From: Phoronis australis
Taxonomy: Eukaryota > Animalia > Phoronida
Assembly: GCA_002633005.1 (NCBI GenBank)
Contig: NMRA01000114.1
Location: 868,974-932,973, forward strand
Direction of reading: 5' to 3'
Length of the DNA: 64,000 nt
The notes beneath the pieces are model-generated. The model saw only the letters and a list, made by a program, of their open reading frames with translations, searched no databases and was not told where the DNA came from. Made by a program: the position numbers and the translations under genes. Below, piece after piece: positions 12,363 through 32,500 of the stretch. Numbering within the stretch: position 1 is the first letter of the stretch; each line of letters opens with the position of its first letter.

Positions 12363-15300
12363 TACTTGGCGAAATTTATTGGCGAAATAAATTTCGCCAA
12401 GTATGTTGCTCTTCCACTAAGTTTTTTTTTTGTTTGTTCGCACGATACAGGTCGCAATTTTCGTCCAATCATCACGAAATTTACACATAACATGACTTGT
12501 ACTTTCGGGAGTACTGGAAGCCTATTGTTTTTCGTCAAAATCGGATCCAAGATGGCGGCTGTGGCGGCCATTTTGTTTCCATTTAAAAATTCAAATGCTT
12601 CTGGAGGCTACAATTTTTTACGTAAAAGGCTAAGAATCGGCACAGTAAATGGATCGGAAGCTTGCTACAAGTATACTGGAAATTGTTCACTTCCGGCTAA
12701 AGATGGCGGAAATATCGGCGATCGCGCATGCGCACCTCGATTTTGGCGTAAAAACGTTTTCTCCTCTAGAGGGCGCATTATGAGACCAATGCCTTCGAAT
12801 TTTTACAGGTAGTAGTTTCTTGTAACATGCTATTATACAAAGCCAAAAAACCGGAAGTTGCATTCAAGATGGCGGATATGGCGCATGTTGACCCATTTTC
12901 AGTCGTCTGGAGTGCAATTTTAAACGAGAAGAGAAAAAGACGTGATTTTTTGCATGTAGATTCTTTGAAGTATTATCTTTCAAATGGCCTGTAACAATTT
13001 TTTTCTCAGACTTACCGTTTTCGAGTTATTTGACTTTGAAATTCTTTAAAAAAAACGCAAAATTTCATTTTTTTCGAAAAATTTACGGAGTTAGGCGATA
13101 CCATCACTTTAGATAGAATTTTGAACGGGCTTTCAGAAGATGCTTTCCATTTTTCTCTACGACGTCTACTTTTCGAGTTATTTGAGATTTTGTGATAACG
13201 CTGCTCCTTTGTTGAGCGCTCTTGCTGCATTCAGGTTGGTTTAGCTTCTATTTAAGTAGAGTGCAGCCTATTTCTTAACGATTTATGACATCTAAATTCG
13301 TCATATGAATGTTATGATGTTCTTCATCATGGCCACCACCATCATCATATTCGTCATCTTCGTCATCATCTTCGACGTCGTCTTTTCTTCAGTTAATTTT
13401 GCCAAGTATCGCTCAAGACTGTAGCCTATTTCTTAGTGATTTCTGACCTCTACGTTCGTTATATGAATGATATCATAACTAGGGTTGTCCATCATCGCCA
13501 CCATCGTCGTCATAGCTGTCATCTTCGTCATCATCTCTGTCGTCGTCTTTTCTCGTCCTCTCGAACGTGTCTTTTTTGATTAATTTCGCCAATTTTCGCT
13601 TCTCAGAGGGCTTTTTTGTTTTGTTTGTTTGCTCTCTACAGGTCACACTTTTCGCCCGATTTTCACGAAATGTGCACACGACGTGTAGATTGGAAAGTCC
13701 TGGAAGCCTATTGTTTTTGGTCATGATCGAATTCAAAATGGCGGACGTGGCGGCCATTTTGTTTCCCATTTCATATTCAAATGCTTTTAGGGGCCGCATT
13801 TTTTGATGTACAGAGCTGAAACACAGTACGATTATTATAGAACACATGTGCTACAACAGTGCTGAAAAACGTTGACTTCCGCTTAAAGATGGCGGAAATA
13901 TTGACGATGGCGCATGCACACCTCGATATTTGGCCAAAAATGTTTTCTCCTGTAGAGGGCGCATTGGCGAACCAATCACTTTCAAACTGGTCACACGTGT
14001 TTCTTGCAACTGATCAGCTTTTATAAAATTTTATTTAACCGGAAGTCACTTTCAAGATGGCGGCTCTGGAGCATTTTCACTCATTTTCAATCGTTCTGCT
14101 GTCGCCTTTTAAACGGGAAGAGCAAATGACCTGAATTTTTGCATGTGGATTCCTTGAAGTATGCTCTTTCAAAAGTTCTCGATAACGGTTTTCTCAGACT
14201 TCCTGTTTTCGAGTTATTTGACTTTGAATTTCAAAAAAAACGAAAAATTTCAATTTTTTCGAAAAATTTATGGAATGTTGCAAAAATATCAATTTAAATA
14301 GAGTTTTGGACGGGCTTTCTTAAGATGTTTTCCATTTTTCGCTACGACTTCTACTTTTTGAATTATTCGAGATTTTCTGATAGCGCTGTTCCTTTGATGA
14401 CAGCTCTTGCTGCACTGATGTTGGTTTAGCTTCTGTTGAACAAGACCATGAAGACATTGCTCATAGAGGCCGCATTTTTCGACATGCAGGGCTGAAAATT
14501 GGTACGATTGTTATAGCATCACAAGCACTACAACTGCGCCATAAATCTTTAACATCCGGTCCAAGATGGCGGAAATATCGGCAATGGCGCATGCACACCT
14601 CGATAACTGACTGAAAACGTTTTTCCCTGTAGAGGGCGCATTGGCAAACCAATCATTTTCAAACTGGTCACCTGTTTGTTGCTATTGATTGGCTTTTATA
14701 AAATTTTGTTTAACCAGAAGTCACTTTCTAGAACGTCTAGTTTTCGAATTATTTGAGATTTTCTGATAGCGCTGTTCCTTTGTTGAGAGCTCTTGCTGAA
14801 TTGATGCTGGTTTAGTTTATTTGAACAAGACTGTAGCTTATTTCTTACTAATTTATGACATCTAAGTTCATCGTATGAATGTTATCGTGTTGTTCATAAT
14901 CTCCGCCTTCATTGTCATGATCGTCATCGTCGTCCTCCCCATCGTCCTGTTTTCGTGTAATTTTGCCAAGTGTGGCTCTTCCGAGCGCTCTCGCTTTTTT
15001 TGTTTGTTCGCACGATACAGGTCGCAATTTTCGTCCGATCATCACAAAATTTACGCGTAACACGCAGTTTCGGAAGTACTGGAAGCCTATTGTTTTTCGT
15101 CATAATCGGATCCAAGATGGCGGATGTGGCGGCCATTTTGTTTTCATTTAAAGGTTCAAAGGCTTCTGGAGGCTACAATTTTTTACGTACAAGGCTAAGA
15201 ATCGGCACAGTAAATGGACCGGAAGTGTGCTACAAGTATACCGGAAATTGTTTACTTCCGGTTAAAGATGGCGGAAATATCGGCGAATTTTTACAGGTAT

Positions 15301-15850
15301 TAGTTTCTTAAGACATGCTATTATACAGAGCCAAAAAAACCGGAAGTTACTTTCAAGATGGCGGACCTGGCGCATGTTGACCCATTTTCAGTCGCGCTGG
15401 AGTAAACGGGAAGGGAAAAAGACGGGATTTTTTGCATGTGGACTCTTTGAAGTATACTTTTTTCCTCAGATTTACTGTTTTCGAGTTATTTGACTTTGAA
15501 ATTCTTAAAAAAACGCAACATTTCATTTTTTCGAAAAATTTATGGAGTTAGGCGATACCATCAGTTTAGATAGAGTTTTGAACGGGCTTTCAGAAGATGG
15601 TTTCCATTTTTCGCTAGGACGTCTACTTTTCGAATTATTCGAGATTTTCTGATAGCGCTGTTCCTTAGTTGAGCGCTCTTGCTGCATTGATGTTGGTTTA
15701 GTTTCTATTGGACAAGAGACTAGCCTTTTTCTTGCTGATTTATGTCATCTAAGTGCTTCATATGAATGTTATGATGTTGTTCAGCATCATCACCATCGTC
15801 ATCATATTCGTTTTCTTCGTCATCATCTCCATCGTCATCTTTTCTGTTAA
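12363..15850. mobile_element. Head-to-tail array of Helentron/HINE (DINE-1-like) units
   Basis: Starts after a T-run with a perfect hairpin TACTTGGCGAAATTTATT / AATAAATTTCGCCAAGTA, then a (GTTT)-like microsatellite and internal AAGATGGCGG repeats. About 3.5 diverged ~1-1.2 kb units, each ending in (TCA/TCG)n triplets and TTTYGCCAA junctions. Confidence 0.6.
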
Positions 15851-15854
15851 TTTA

Positions 15855-16440
15855 AGTAAGACAAAAACAGAATTACAAAATGAAAGACAGATTTAAATAA
15901 TAAGCAAAAAATAAGAAGTTAACACAGAAAGACTGATGAAGGGAAATATGATAAATAGAAGATAAAGAAAATAGACAAGATTATTAACTAAAATATAAAA
16001 TATAAATATAAATATAAAAAATAAAAACAGACAATAAATAATTAATAAAAGACAACATATAAATATACACGCATGTAAAACATGCAATTCTTAGACACTG
16101 CGTGAAGTTAAATCTATTTCTTATAATTCATTTAAAGGTTAGAAAGGATGATGTAGATTTGGTATCTGCAAGGAGAGTGTTCCATAAAAAGGGCCCGCTG
16201 TAGGAAAATGATTTTTTCCCAGTTTTGCTTCTGCGTGTAGGAAGATTGAAATTTGATGATAATGGGGACCTAGTATTGCGATTAGTAGTGTTTAAAAATG
16301 TTGATTGCAGAAGTATGTGATTGATTTAAAAAGATTTAAAGACTTCAGCCTCCTCCAAAAGTATCCATCTTTACTAGATAGGTACATATTGAAATGTAGC
16401 TTTTATAGTTTTACTGGGGTTGAGCATAATTTGGTAAAAA
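15855..16440 (-). mobile_element. CR1/L2-type LINE 3' end relic
   Basis: Minus strand reads ...NRNTRSPLSSNFNLPTRRSKTGKKSFSYSGPFLWNTL...SSFLTFK*, typical of the CR1/L2 ORF2 C-terminus, followed by a T-rich 3' UTR. Confidence 0.7.
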
Positions 16441-18414
16441 TCGTCCAGGGTGCAAGCTTGATTAGGCAGTGCCGTCAGCGTAGTTAGACTTATAGTGGCG
16501 CAAGGTCAGTGATAGTCTTGGTATTCAGATGTACACTTGCCTGTGAAAAGATACTGGTAAAATCCGGCAAAATATATCTGACACAAAATTAATGTCATTT
16601 TAATGAGTTAATTAGTTCAGTTCGGTGTTCTTTTTTCAAAAGTTTGTAATCAAATCACAACTTATTAATAAAAGTACCGGTAGTTGTATTCCGATTGTAG
16701 TTTTCAGCATTTTTTGTAGCCTACCAAAATTCTAAGAAAAGTTTTCCTTGGCAAAGTTGTCACCATCTCCCAAAAGGTGTCACTTTACCTAACTGTAAAA
16801 TCAATCAAGTGGTGCATGTTCTGGGCATACTCCTTTTGAAATGTATCTCTGATTTTTCTTTTTTTAAACTAAGACTGGAAGAATTATGCAAGTAATTGGG
16901 TTATTATTAGATTGTGTTTATTTTAGATGGCTGTAACAAACCAAGGTAGTTGTCATATTGAAGTTAAAAAACTTACTCCCTGTTGGGAGTGCTTCGTGAT
17001 ACTTTTTTTACCCATGCCCATTCTTAGCTATTTTCTGACACCCAGTCATACACTGCTAGCTGGCTGGTCAAGTCTGAGTTGTGTGCAAAACTTACATCAA
17101 TCTTAAAATGATACACTACCAGAGTGGTTGTGCTTGTCACCAAATCATGAAACTTGTATCAACATGTAGAAGGCCTGACTGCAGGGGTGTGTGCAAAATC
17201 TGGGCAGCAACCAACACCTTACCATTAAAGGTTTTAAAAGAAAAACAATTAATAAACCTATTTTCTTGTATCACACTAGAATTTTTGTTGACCACATCAA
17301 AACAGGCTTGTAGCACAAATATGCGCCATCTATTTTTGCAAAGTCTTTCAAAAAATGGTGGCAACTTTGCTAAAGAAAAATTTGCTCAGGAATTCGGTTT
17401 GCTAGTAAGAAAATACTAAAAATGTACGCGAGAGACGAAAATATTATTTCTAGTCAGCAAACAATTCTTTCCTCATGCTGATCATGCCTACTTTTATAAA
17501 TTTTTGAAAAGATTGAGCTCGCCAAATTCAGACAACAGTGAAAAGGCAAATTTTGGTGATTTGCCAGTTTCGAACACTGCAAAAATCTCGCGAGATTCAT
17601 CCAAGAATGAATTTTGAGTGTCCGAAAATGATACGACTACTGTACTAACAGTTGGCGAAACCAATTCTGAAAATCTTTTGTGAACTGTATTCAGCCTTAT
17701 ATATTTAGCACCATTTTATTTATTTCAAGGGAGAGTGTTTTGTCTTAATGATATAAATTTTGTGTGAGATTTTATTTTGCTCTTTTTATCTTTTTTTAGC
17801 TTTGAACTGTGGCTATCAGTGACGATGTCATGTGGTCGTAGTCCAGAACATTTGAGGACTTTGACTCTTAGTTGGACCCCAGTGATAAAAAGCTGTACAG
17901 TTTGAACTGTACCTGTGTAAAAAGCTAACACTAGTTTCTAGATTCACTGTTGGACACAAAAGTCAATTGGCCTTAGCCTTCATTCAAGTCACAGGCCCTT
18001 GAATCTGCCTGTACCTCTTGTCCACTACTGGCAACAATCACTATTAACATGTGTTTCTTATTACGAGTCATTGGGAAATTGGTGTGCCTGTGATCCAAGT
18101 CATATTTGAACTGTAGTGTTTGTCTGTAAAGCTCTATAATCGTCTAGCGACAGCTTGTTAGCTTCCAATCTGAGGCTATTATATAATAAAAGGTTGCCAT
18201 AAAGAGTGTTACTGGTTCTGTTTTTGTCATTTGATCACACAGTAAATTCCTCTGAATTCTTTGCTAGTGGGCAATTGCTCCTTGACTGACTGATACACAC
18301 GCAATCTTGAATGACACACCGTGACACTGGAGACCCTGGTTTGAATCCAGCCTGGAATAAAGGTGGATTTCTCTTCATGGGCTCTCAACTACCGTCTTAT
18401 CTATGCACACAAGA

Positions 18415-18657
18415 GAGGAGGCAGTGTAGCCTAGTGTCATAGGTACCCGCTTTCTTTACTCGACGTCATGGGTTTGAGTCCCACTGGGTCACACTGCTAA
18501 AGCCTCGAGTCATGTTTCTAGCTCTGCAGCTCAGTTTTAATTAAATATTAATAAAGCATAAAATGGTTCCTGGTGATAAGTGCAATGGGCCCACATGCGT
18601 GGCCTGCGCATGTCTGGTACAACGTGTGTCAGACCACGGGTAATTATTTTATTCTTG
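18415..18657 (+). mobile_element. tRNA-derived SINE (copy 2)
   Basis: Homologous to 6952-7207; perfect 11-bp TSD TGCACACAAGA (18404-18414 and 18658-18668). Confidence 0.85.
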
Positions 18658-19079
18658 TGCACACAAGATGTACACACGCATCCTCGAACGGCGGATGGAG
18701 AGGGGGCAAACCTGAGCTGAGGCTAGATCCAGCTAGTGGCTTTCATTGCCTCAAGTTGTTGAATTCTTAAAAGTAAAAAAATGACTGTTAAGTCGTCTAT
18801 AAACCCGAGATCAGTTCTTTGATTTAGACTGCTTAACCACTATGAAATTGATCTCCACTTGTCCTTGCTCAAATGAGAAGTGATGTTTTGTCTTGCAAGG
18901 AACTGACAGTTCATTATTGCTCAAGACCCGAAAACTGACACGTCGTGCCAAGTCAACTTAAAAAGCCTGCTCTCAAACAATAACAAACTTTCGGGCCTTT
19001 CCCAGCTGAAAATCATGTCTATTTTAACTTAGGAACAATATTAGATATCAATTTCAAAATGGTAAGTGATCTATGAAAG

Positions 19080-25822
<6,743 letters not shown>

Positions 25823-27357
25823 TGCTATGAGGAGACTAGTGAATTTGTACCTCATTGACTGTGATGCTGCCATACTAAGTGAGATCTCTGGGGTGATTAG
25901 ATATAATTTTAGTTGGTCATGTAATACGTGGACAGATATAACGACGGGCTCGGTGTAGGGGATAAGATTATTGGTTCAAAGAAAAAAACGCATTTGTTTG
26001 GCTTTCTTATTGACACTTTAAAACTGCGACAGATATTGGTGAAATGGAGTGTGAGTGGCAGGAATGTCAGTTAAAATCTGACCAATAGAGGGCGCAATAT
26101 GGATGAAACGAGTTTATTCTTCTCATTTTTTCATAGAAGATATGTGACTCTAAAGGGAACGATCTGCCTTGATAGTCAAACTGTGTATGTGAACAGCTGC
26201 CATCATTCCCCGTTTGGAAGAGTGGTCATTTGTTACATCAATGTCAGAAGTCCTTGAGAGATAAAAAAGGGTCTGTTTTGGCAAATATCTTACTCCCAAA
26301 TAGGCGACATTATACTGTGACTGGATTGTATGCTGTATTGGATTAGATTGCATAAATCTCTCTTTGGTTGGTTTTTTGAGTGTGACTATACAAAATAATG
26401 TTGCAGCATTCAGAATGCTTTGCTTGAAATTGAGCTCAATGGGCTAGTTGTTAGGTTTAGCAATTTGTATTGTTAGGTTTGGGGAAATTTTGTGACGACT
26501 TATTTTTATTGTCAATGTACTTCAGTCTGCACTTGTCAGAATGACTAATTTTAGTTTATGAATTGTGAATTTAGAGTTTTAGGTAATCTTGAGATATTGA
26601 AGCTGTGCCAAGTCTTGGAAATTTTACCGAAGGACGAATCTGTATTCTTTTCTGGAAAACACTGTTTTATGCCTCGCTATTATGCTTCTGAAAAGGAGGG
26701 TCCAAATTGTTCTGTGAAATGTTTAGACTACGTTTCATTATGTTAACTCAACCAGACTCAGCACTGGTGGTAAATAGTGAAAGTTTGGACTTGGTGAAGT
26801 AAGTCATTGAGGACAGGCAGCGGCAGTTAACGAAACTTAAGTTGGTGAGAATGAAAAATCGTTTGTGGCGGTCTAATATGCTTGCGCATTACATTTCCAT
26901 TTTGATTACTTATTAGCTGTGTCAATTCATTTTAAATTTTCAACCATTTTGTTGTTTTTGAATATTGTAAATGACAAGTTGTTGGATACATTATGTCCCT
27001 CTGTCAAGTGCCAAGCCTTCTAATATAATGTAAAGCAGCTGTAGAGGGTACAATGGAAATTTAAAGCAAGCGGACAAATTACCATTTCTCGTGATGACAA
27101 CTGTTCCTGCTTGTACCGGAAGTGACTCACAGTGGCTTGTAATTACGTTGAAAAGCGTTTCCACCTTGTTAAGTTTCAGTAAATTTCCCATAATTCCCTG
27201 TAATTATCGACGGTTACTTTGACGTTGAATTCCCTTTGCGCCCATCCCTAGTGTCGCAAAAGTGTGGGTCATTTTGTCAGATTAACTTTGGTGTGTTCTG
27301 TATATCAAGGAATGAACTCAGTACTTTCTCACCATTTTTCTCATTATTTAGAACAAA

Positions 27358-27505
27358 GGCTGCACTTGATTGACTTTGTGGTTTTTGCTGGGTTAAGTGG
27401 CTGAGACATCTGATTGGATATTGATGATGAGTTACTGTTTACGGACCAATCAGATGTCTTAGCCAGTTGACCCGGCGGAACGGGCACAGTGAATCAAGTG
27501 CAGTC
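27358..27505. repeat. Long imperfect inverted repeat (palindromic MITE) in the putative CMPK1 3' UTR
   Basis: CTGCACTTGATT...TGGCTGAGACATCTGATTGG pairs with CCAATCAGATGTCTTAGCCA...AATCAAGTGCAG. Confidence 0.75.
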
Positions 27506-27829
27506 AAAGTCGGTTTCGTCATTGAGATGGATATTTTTTTGAATTACAGCCCCGTATGTATTGTGTTTTTAATATTAATTTGTCTAAGTGAATGAGCAGA
27601 TTGCAGTGTCTTTCAACTTTGGTGGTTATTTTGTTGAATTCAAGAAATTAAATTTAGAAATTGTACATTTTGTTCATTTTGAAGAGTTGACATCGTGTTG
27701 AAACATTGTTTTGTGGGACTAGGCTTTGTTCAAATTGGCTTGCTAAAATATCTGTTTTATGAAAGTTTTAGCGAAAATGAAACAAAATGGTGACTTTTAA
27801 AATGCATAAATTTATCATTCCTCAAAAAA

Positions 27830-27959
27830 AATAAACTTTAGGAAAAATCCCGTTTGTTATTAAGTAGCACATCAGTTATAAAAACAATATTTGCTTGAAT
27901 TTTGTTTGTAGGATTGTTAGACAACCTTTGAAAGCTCAAAAAGTGACAGCTACAATAAA
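27830..27959 (+). terminator. Candidate CMPK1 polyadenylation signals
   Basis: First AATAAA hexamers I could see after the stop, at 27830 and 27954 (ATTAAA at about 27647). Confidence 0.4.
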
Positions 27960-28044
27960 TGTGCTCATGGTATCAGGGGTCCATTTAAGGTTATGTAGGA
28001 CCCTGGAAAATATCCAAATTTGGTCACATCATATCTCAGAAGGG

Positions 28045-28095
28045 GCTGATCTGATTAGCTGATCTGATTGGATGATCTGATTGGCTGATCTAATT
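28045..28095. repeat. 12-bp tandem repeat (GCTGATCTGATT)n
   Basis: About four degenerate units. Confidence 0.75.
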
Positions 28096-28534
28096 CAGAT
28101 ATTATGCTTTATGGGCTTTCCAACCAAACCGTGTTAGGAATTGTTTTAAAATGCCCCTCTTTGGCGTGAGAGGCTATAAGTTTCTCTAACTGTCAGTGTT
28201 ATGCCCGTCATCCCAGTCTCATTTTGGTATGAGATATGCTTTTATCTGTCCCATGTTTAAGTATGATTTTAGTAGAGTATACATGAATATGTCACCCTCA
28301 TTAGTTAACGTGATGTGGCCAACAGATGGCGTTCTAACGGGACTTAGAATGTTTATCAATACAGTAGTTTTCAAAAAATGTTGAGAACATTTCTTTCAGG
28401 GAAATTGGGGAAGAAGAATTGTCCCGATAATTTTCAAATTGTTCAGTGTTAGTTTTTGTCAGTGGTTTCCTGCTGAGCTTCCAGGAAACCAGACAAATTT
28501 CAACCAAACATGTCAACCTGTTTGAAAACTGCTG

Positions 28535-28585
28535 TATATATATGTATGTATATATATACATATACGTATACGTATATATAGATAC
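28535..28585. repeat. (TA)n/(TATG)n microsatellite
   Basis: Direct reading. Confidence 0.85.
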
Positions 28586-30816
28586 ACAGGGCACCTAGTA
28601 TGTTTTAAAACAATGCATTTAATGAGCGAAAGTGATTTCTTACTTACGTGGGTAATGTATTTTTTTTATTTTCAGCCTATATGATCGCACTATGTATGTA
28701 TAATGGTTCAGTGCGATTTTCTACCAAGATTAAAGGGTTTGTCAAATAGTAAAGCTTGGATTGTCTATTTAAATACATCAGTTTAATCTAACTAATATGT
28801 TTATGTTGATAAGGAACATTATGAGACCAATTTTGGTTAAGTAAATTAAAGGCCAAAGTTGATTTTCGTTTTTTAGCTGTGTAAACAGTTTAATCTGTTT
28901 TATGATTTCAACCTGTCCTCCTCCTGTCACCTGCTAACGTGTCATTGGCGTCAATTTTCCAAGTTAAAGGCGGCAATCAACTAATTAAAAGTCATACTCC
29001 CTATCTTACAAATTATCTGGTTCTTAGTGGATGGTCTTTTCCCACATTTGCCGTGAAATTCGCCAGTCTGAGAGCACAGGATTATGACTGACTTAAAAGA
29101 AAAGGAAAATCCAACTTAACGCACATTTTATTTGACCGGCTGTCATACTGGTTAACATTCAGTACAGGGTTAAATCACAATAAGCTGTCCGCGTCGCAAA
29201 TGGAGTTTTGATAAGGTAATTTCATAAAAAAATATTACTTTGTTTAGTACAATTCAGTTAATGCCCTTGATCATAATCAAGTAAAAATAACTTCTAGATA
29301 TTCAACAGTGGCTTAATTATGCACCTGAACAAGATGTCGCGAATGGAATGGAAAATAAATAAATTTTGAAGTTTCAAAACGTGGTGAGTCAAGTCTGCTC
29401 TGTTTAAGGTGCTAATTCTTTTAAATCGCAATATTTATAACGTGTAAACTATTTATTTCTCAATAGAAAACAGCTTTTTCATAAAATGATTAATTTTGAG
29501 AGATGTCTTGGCAAATAAAAATTGCTACTTTGTGTCGCGGACCGAGTATCGTGTTGGGAAAATTTGTTCACATGGGGGAATGCTGAATGTATGCACTAAG
29601 TTGATATTTTAAATATATTCTCGCATATACAGATGAGTTGTATGTAGCATTCCATTGTAACATTTTAAATTGTAACCCCTTTTGAGTTTCCATACTTTTA
29701 ACTAGTAAGTGAACATTACCGTGGTACTTGCATTTGCAAAGCAGTGAAACGTCTTGAAAAGCCTTGCCAAAGGTACCCAGAGAAGGATGTTTTCACACTG
29801 AAACAACTTATCCACAAACGGAAGGCCCAGCTTTCTGCAAGCAAACACTTGGCAGCGTATTTTCGACAACTAAATAACCCTGTGTGTTGTCGACAGCTCC
29901 TTCTCAATGATTGTCGAAGATAAAGGTGCGACAAAACAGACATTGATTGTTAATTTAGTTACTGATTTTCAGCCGGCTCCGCTGTGACGCCATATGTGCC
30001 CCCTGTCATAAACAATTTGTTCACGTCCATGAACCTGAATACAAAGTTCGTGAGCAGTGAAAGGCAAGACCTGAGAAGGCCTGGGAGATTCAAATTTGTT
30101 AGCCCAATACTAGAACGATCGTGTGCATTCAAAAGCACGTGATGTTCCTCTGCAATGTCCTTTTTCTTTATTCTCTTGCCAAATTTTTGAAATAATGTTT
30201 CCCCTATAGGACAATTGGCCTAATCTTCCTTCATAGGCGCGCTGTGCGATCCCTTCAGTGTATGTATTATGTTGTTGTCCTTTCTTAGTGAGTAACTACT
30301 GAATTAAATACACTTCAATTAGTAATTTCACTTAGTGGATAAGACACTTATTCAAAAATTAGTGTGTGCTATATGCTTTCAGTATCACCATTTTAGTTAC
30401 ATTGTCTTCACTCATTAGTTGGCAGTTCGGGGATGGCTATAAATACAACCCAGCTGTACAGTGTTCCTTCAGTGTACTTCTCCGGATTATCGGAGGGTGT
30501 CTGAACACAAGTGAAATCGCATGTTAATTTTGCGGAGAGAAATTCAAAACTGTGATTCTCTCCAAAGACCCAGTGCAGTCATCAGACAGCTATCTATTGG
30601 AACAGAAATACAACTACGTTGAACTCGTCACATAAATGTCGGAAGAATATTGATTGTGAGTAGATTTTTCGTAAGACCGTCCGTCTCTGATTTGTATGCT
30701 GGTAACGAATCTGAGATTATCTTCCAACACTAAAGTGGTTATTGTGTTGTTTACTAGCAACACTCGCATTGTTCGTAGATGTCTGCATGCATCAATCTTC
30801 ATGTAAAGATCCTAAC

Positions 30817-30964
30817 CAGGCGTGCGTTCAGTAGACGCTAGGACCTACCTACTAAAACCTAGTCAAAGTCACGTGTTCTCATTTAAAATACACAGCAATA
30901 TCTCACGTAATCTCGCGAAGTCTTGCTTTTTAGCGAGGTCCTAGCGTTACTGAACGGGAGGCAG
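30817..30964. mobile_element. MITE
   Basis: Inverted ends CGTTCAGTA(G)ACGCTAGGACCT / AGGTCCTAGCGTTACTGAACG; related fragment at about 59135-59192. Confidence 0.65.
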
Positions 30965-31110
30965 CTCAATATCGACACTCTCTCGTGGAGGTTCGTTGAA
31001 GATGCATAGCTGAGAAGCAGGGATGGTTTCCAATATTTTTATGTTTTGCCTTAAAAATGCCTCCGCCTCCATCATACTATTCCTCAATATGGGAGTCGGA
31101 AGGAGCCTGC

Positions 31111-31323
31111 CACTGGCAGATCTACGTTTTCAGTAAGAGGGGTTTATGATATATTCGGACAAATCCGAGGTGCGTAGCGCCGAGCTGGAAGAGGGGGTTT
31201 CTCACCTCCCGTGTAAGATTTTGTTTGGTTTATGTAGCTGATTTCGTTTTTCTGGCGGCGTTTTTTCAATTTTTGGTTTTGATCCTGTCCCGGGGAGAGG
31301 TTTAAGCCCCTGAACCCCCCGTA
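31111..31323 (-). mobile_element. Internal-deletion derivative (MITE) of the hAT element at 40760-43066
   Basis: 31123-31218 is the reverse complement of about 42965-43066, and about 31240-31323 is the reverse complement of about 40772-40860. Confidence 0.7.
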
Positions 31324-31374
31324 CTGTTCCGAATCTACTAAATATTTTTAACCAAATAAAGAATTGATGCACCA

Positions 31375-32500
31375 ATATTTTTTTATTCCCACTTTTCTAG
31401 AACATGCACTAACTATGAATCCCTTCATCTTAACCAATTCTTCATACGGGTACTCAAGTTGACCTCACATTTGCTAACATTTCTGTGATCTGGAACCTCG
31501 ATCCACAAGAGTTACACACATTCCAGTACAATATCAACTATTCTAACCCCACTATGAAGTTTACTCATGGCAATTCTCAAAATGAAATCTCATTTTTGAT
31601 GTCTCAATGAATTCGTGCAATGGTAAACTTGAAACGGATCTATTCTCTAAAGAAACCGACAAAACGCCAATATCCATGACGTCACCCCATTCACTGTATA
31701 TGGAACCCTCCATTCAGTTTCCTTTTCCAAATACACAAGCAAAGTTCACCAAATCACTAGAAGTTAATCTCTAAAACCCTAAGAAAAATGTGCAGTTATA
31801 CCGATAATTACCCATGTTTAACCCCTGCTTACACGGAATTAGTCTCATCTTTTCCACTGAACATACATTTTTTCAAACGAATAAAACTTTTGCCCAGATG
31901 AACCTTAAATTTCTTGGCAAAAATCCAAAAGCCTACTGAAAAGTATTTAGTTAAAGGAAGTATTGACAATACACATGAATCAAACAAACCAACTGGCAAC
32001 ACAGACTGTGGCAAACTAAGATGTAAAATGTGTAGTTTTATCAGCAACATCAGTTTCTTTCACTCCTCTAAAACCAATGGAAATTTTGAAATTTAAAATT
32101 ACTGTGACTGCAGCTACATGGCCACCAGTATTTATCTCATAATTTGCAATGCTGTATTTTTCAATACAGTACAAATCATCTTACCGCAAAAAATGACCCC
32201 CATTCCACCGTTATTCCGTCTAGCCTGGGTAGAATAACCCGTTGCCGTCATGATGGCTAGGCGTCAATTTGAGCGGTGATATATGATTTGTATTGTACGT
32301 AGGCCAGACTGAGCAAAATTCAAATTCGTTTCTGCCACCTCAGATAAATATACTACCTAAAACATGTCAGATACCACCGGTAATACCTTCAATTGCAAAA
32401 GCCACAATTCATGAGATCTATGAATGAAACTAATAGAAAAAATCGTAATACTACCACAGACATAAAAGAGAGCTTTATTGGATTGACAAATTAAAGGCCT
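31375..32500 (+). mobile_element. Penelope-like retroelement relic (RT C-terminus + GIY-YIG endonuclease)
   Basis: Fragments NPTMKFT...ISF(L)DVS...GKLETDLFSKETD, CGKLRCKMC, IYLIICN.., YVGQT and (YW)IDKLKAL with stops and frameshifts; interrupted by a small MITE at about 32165-32298. Confidence 0.8.

Noticed and set aside
12362-15311. ORFs with poly-Asp tails (e.g. 13479-13847, 14848-15063)
   Set aside because: They arise from (TCA/TCG)n triplets and repeat units of the HINE-like array; frames are not conserved between units.
17081-17419. piggyBac-like transposase remnant
   Set aside because: Faint similarity only (LPL..LKEKQL, ACST.MR); no catalytic motif or TTAA/TIR pair could be confirmed.
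27420-27450. SECIS element in the CMPK1 3' UTR (the gene ends in TGA)
   Set aside because: ATGA is in the loop region, but there is no proper GA quartet or apical AA geometry; the stem is a MITE-like palindrome and the TGA falls at the normal C-terminus.
28960-30250. Possible Kolobok/Mutator-like transposase relic
   Set aside because: A TTAAAGG start and Cys-containing fragments are present, but I found no matching end or clear motif.
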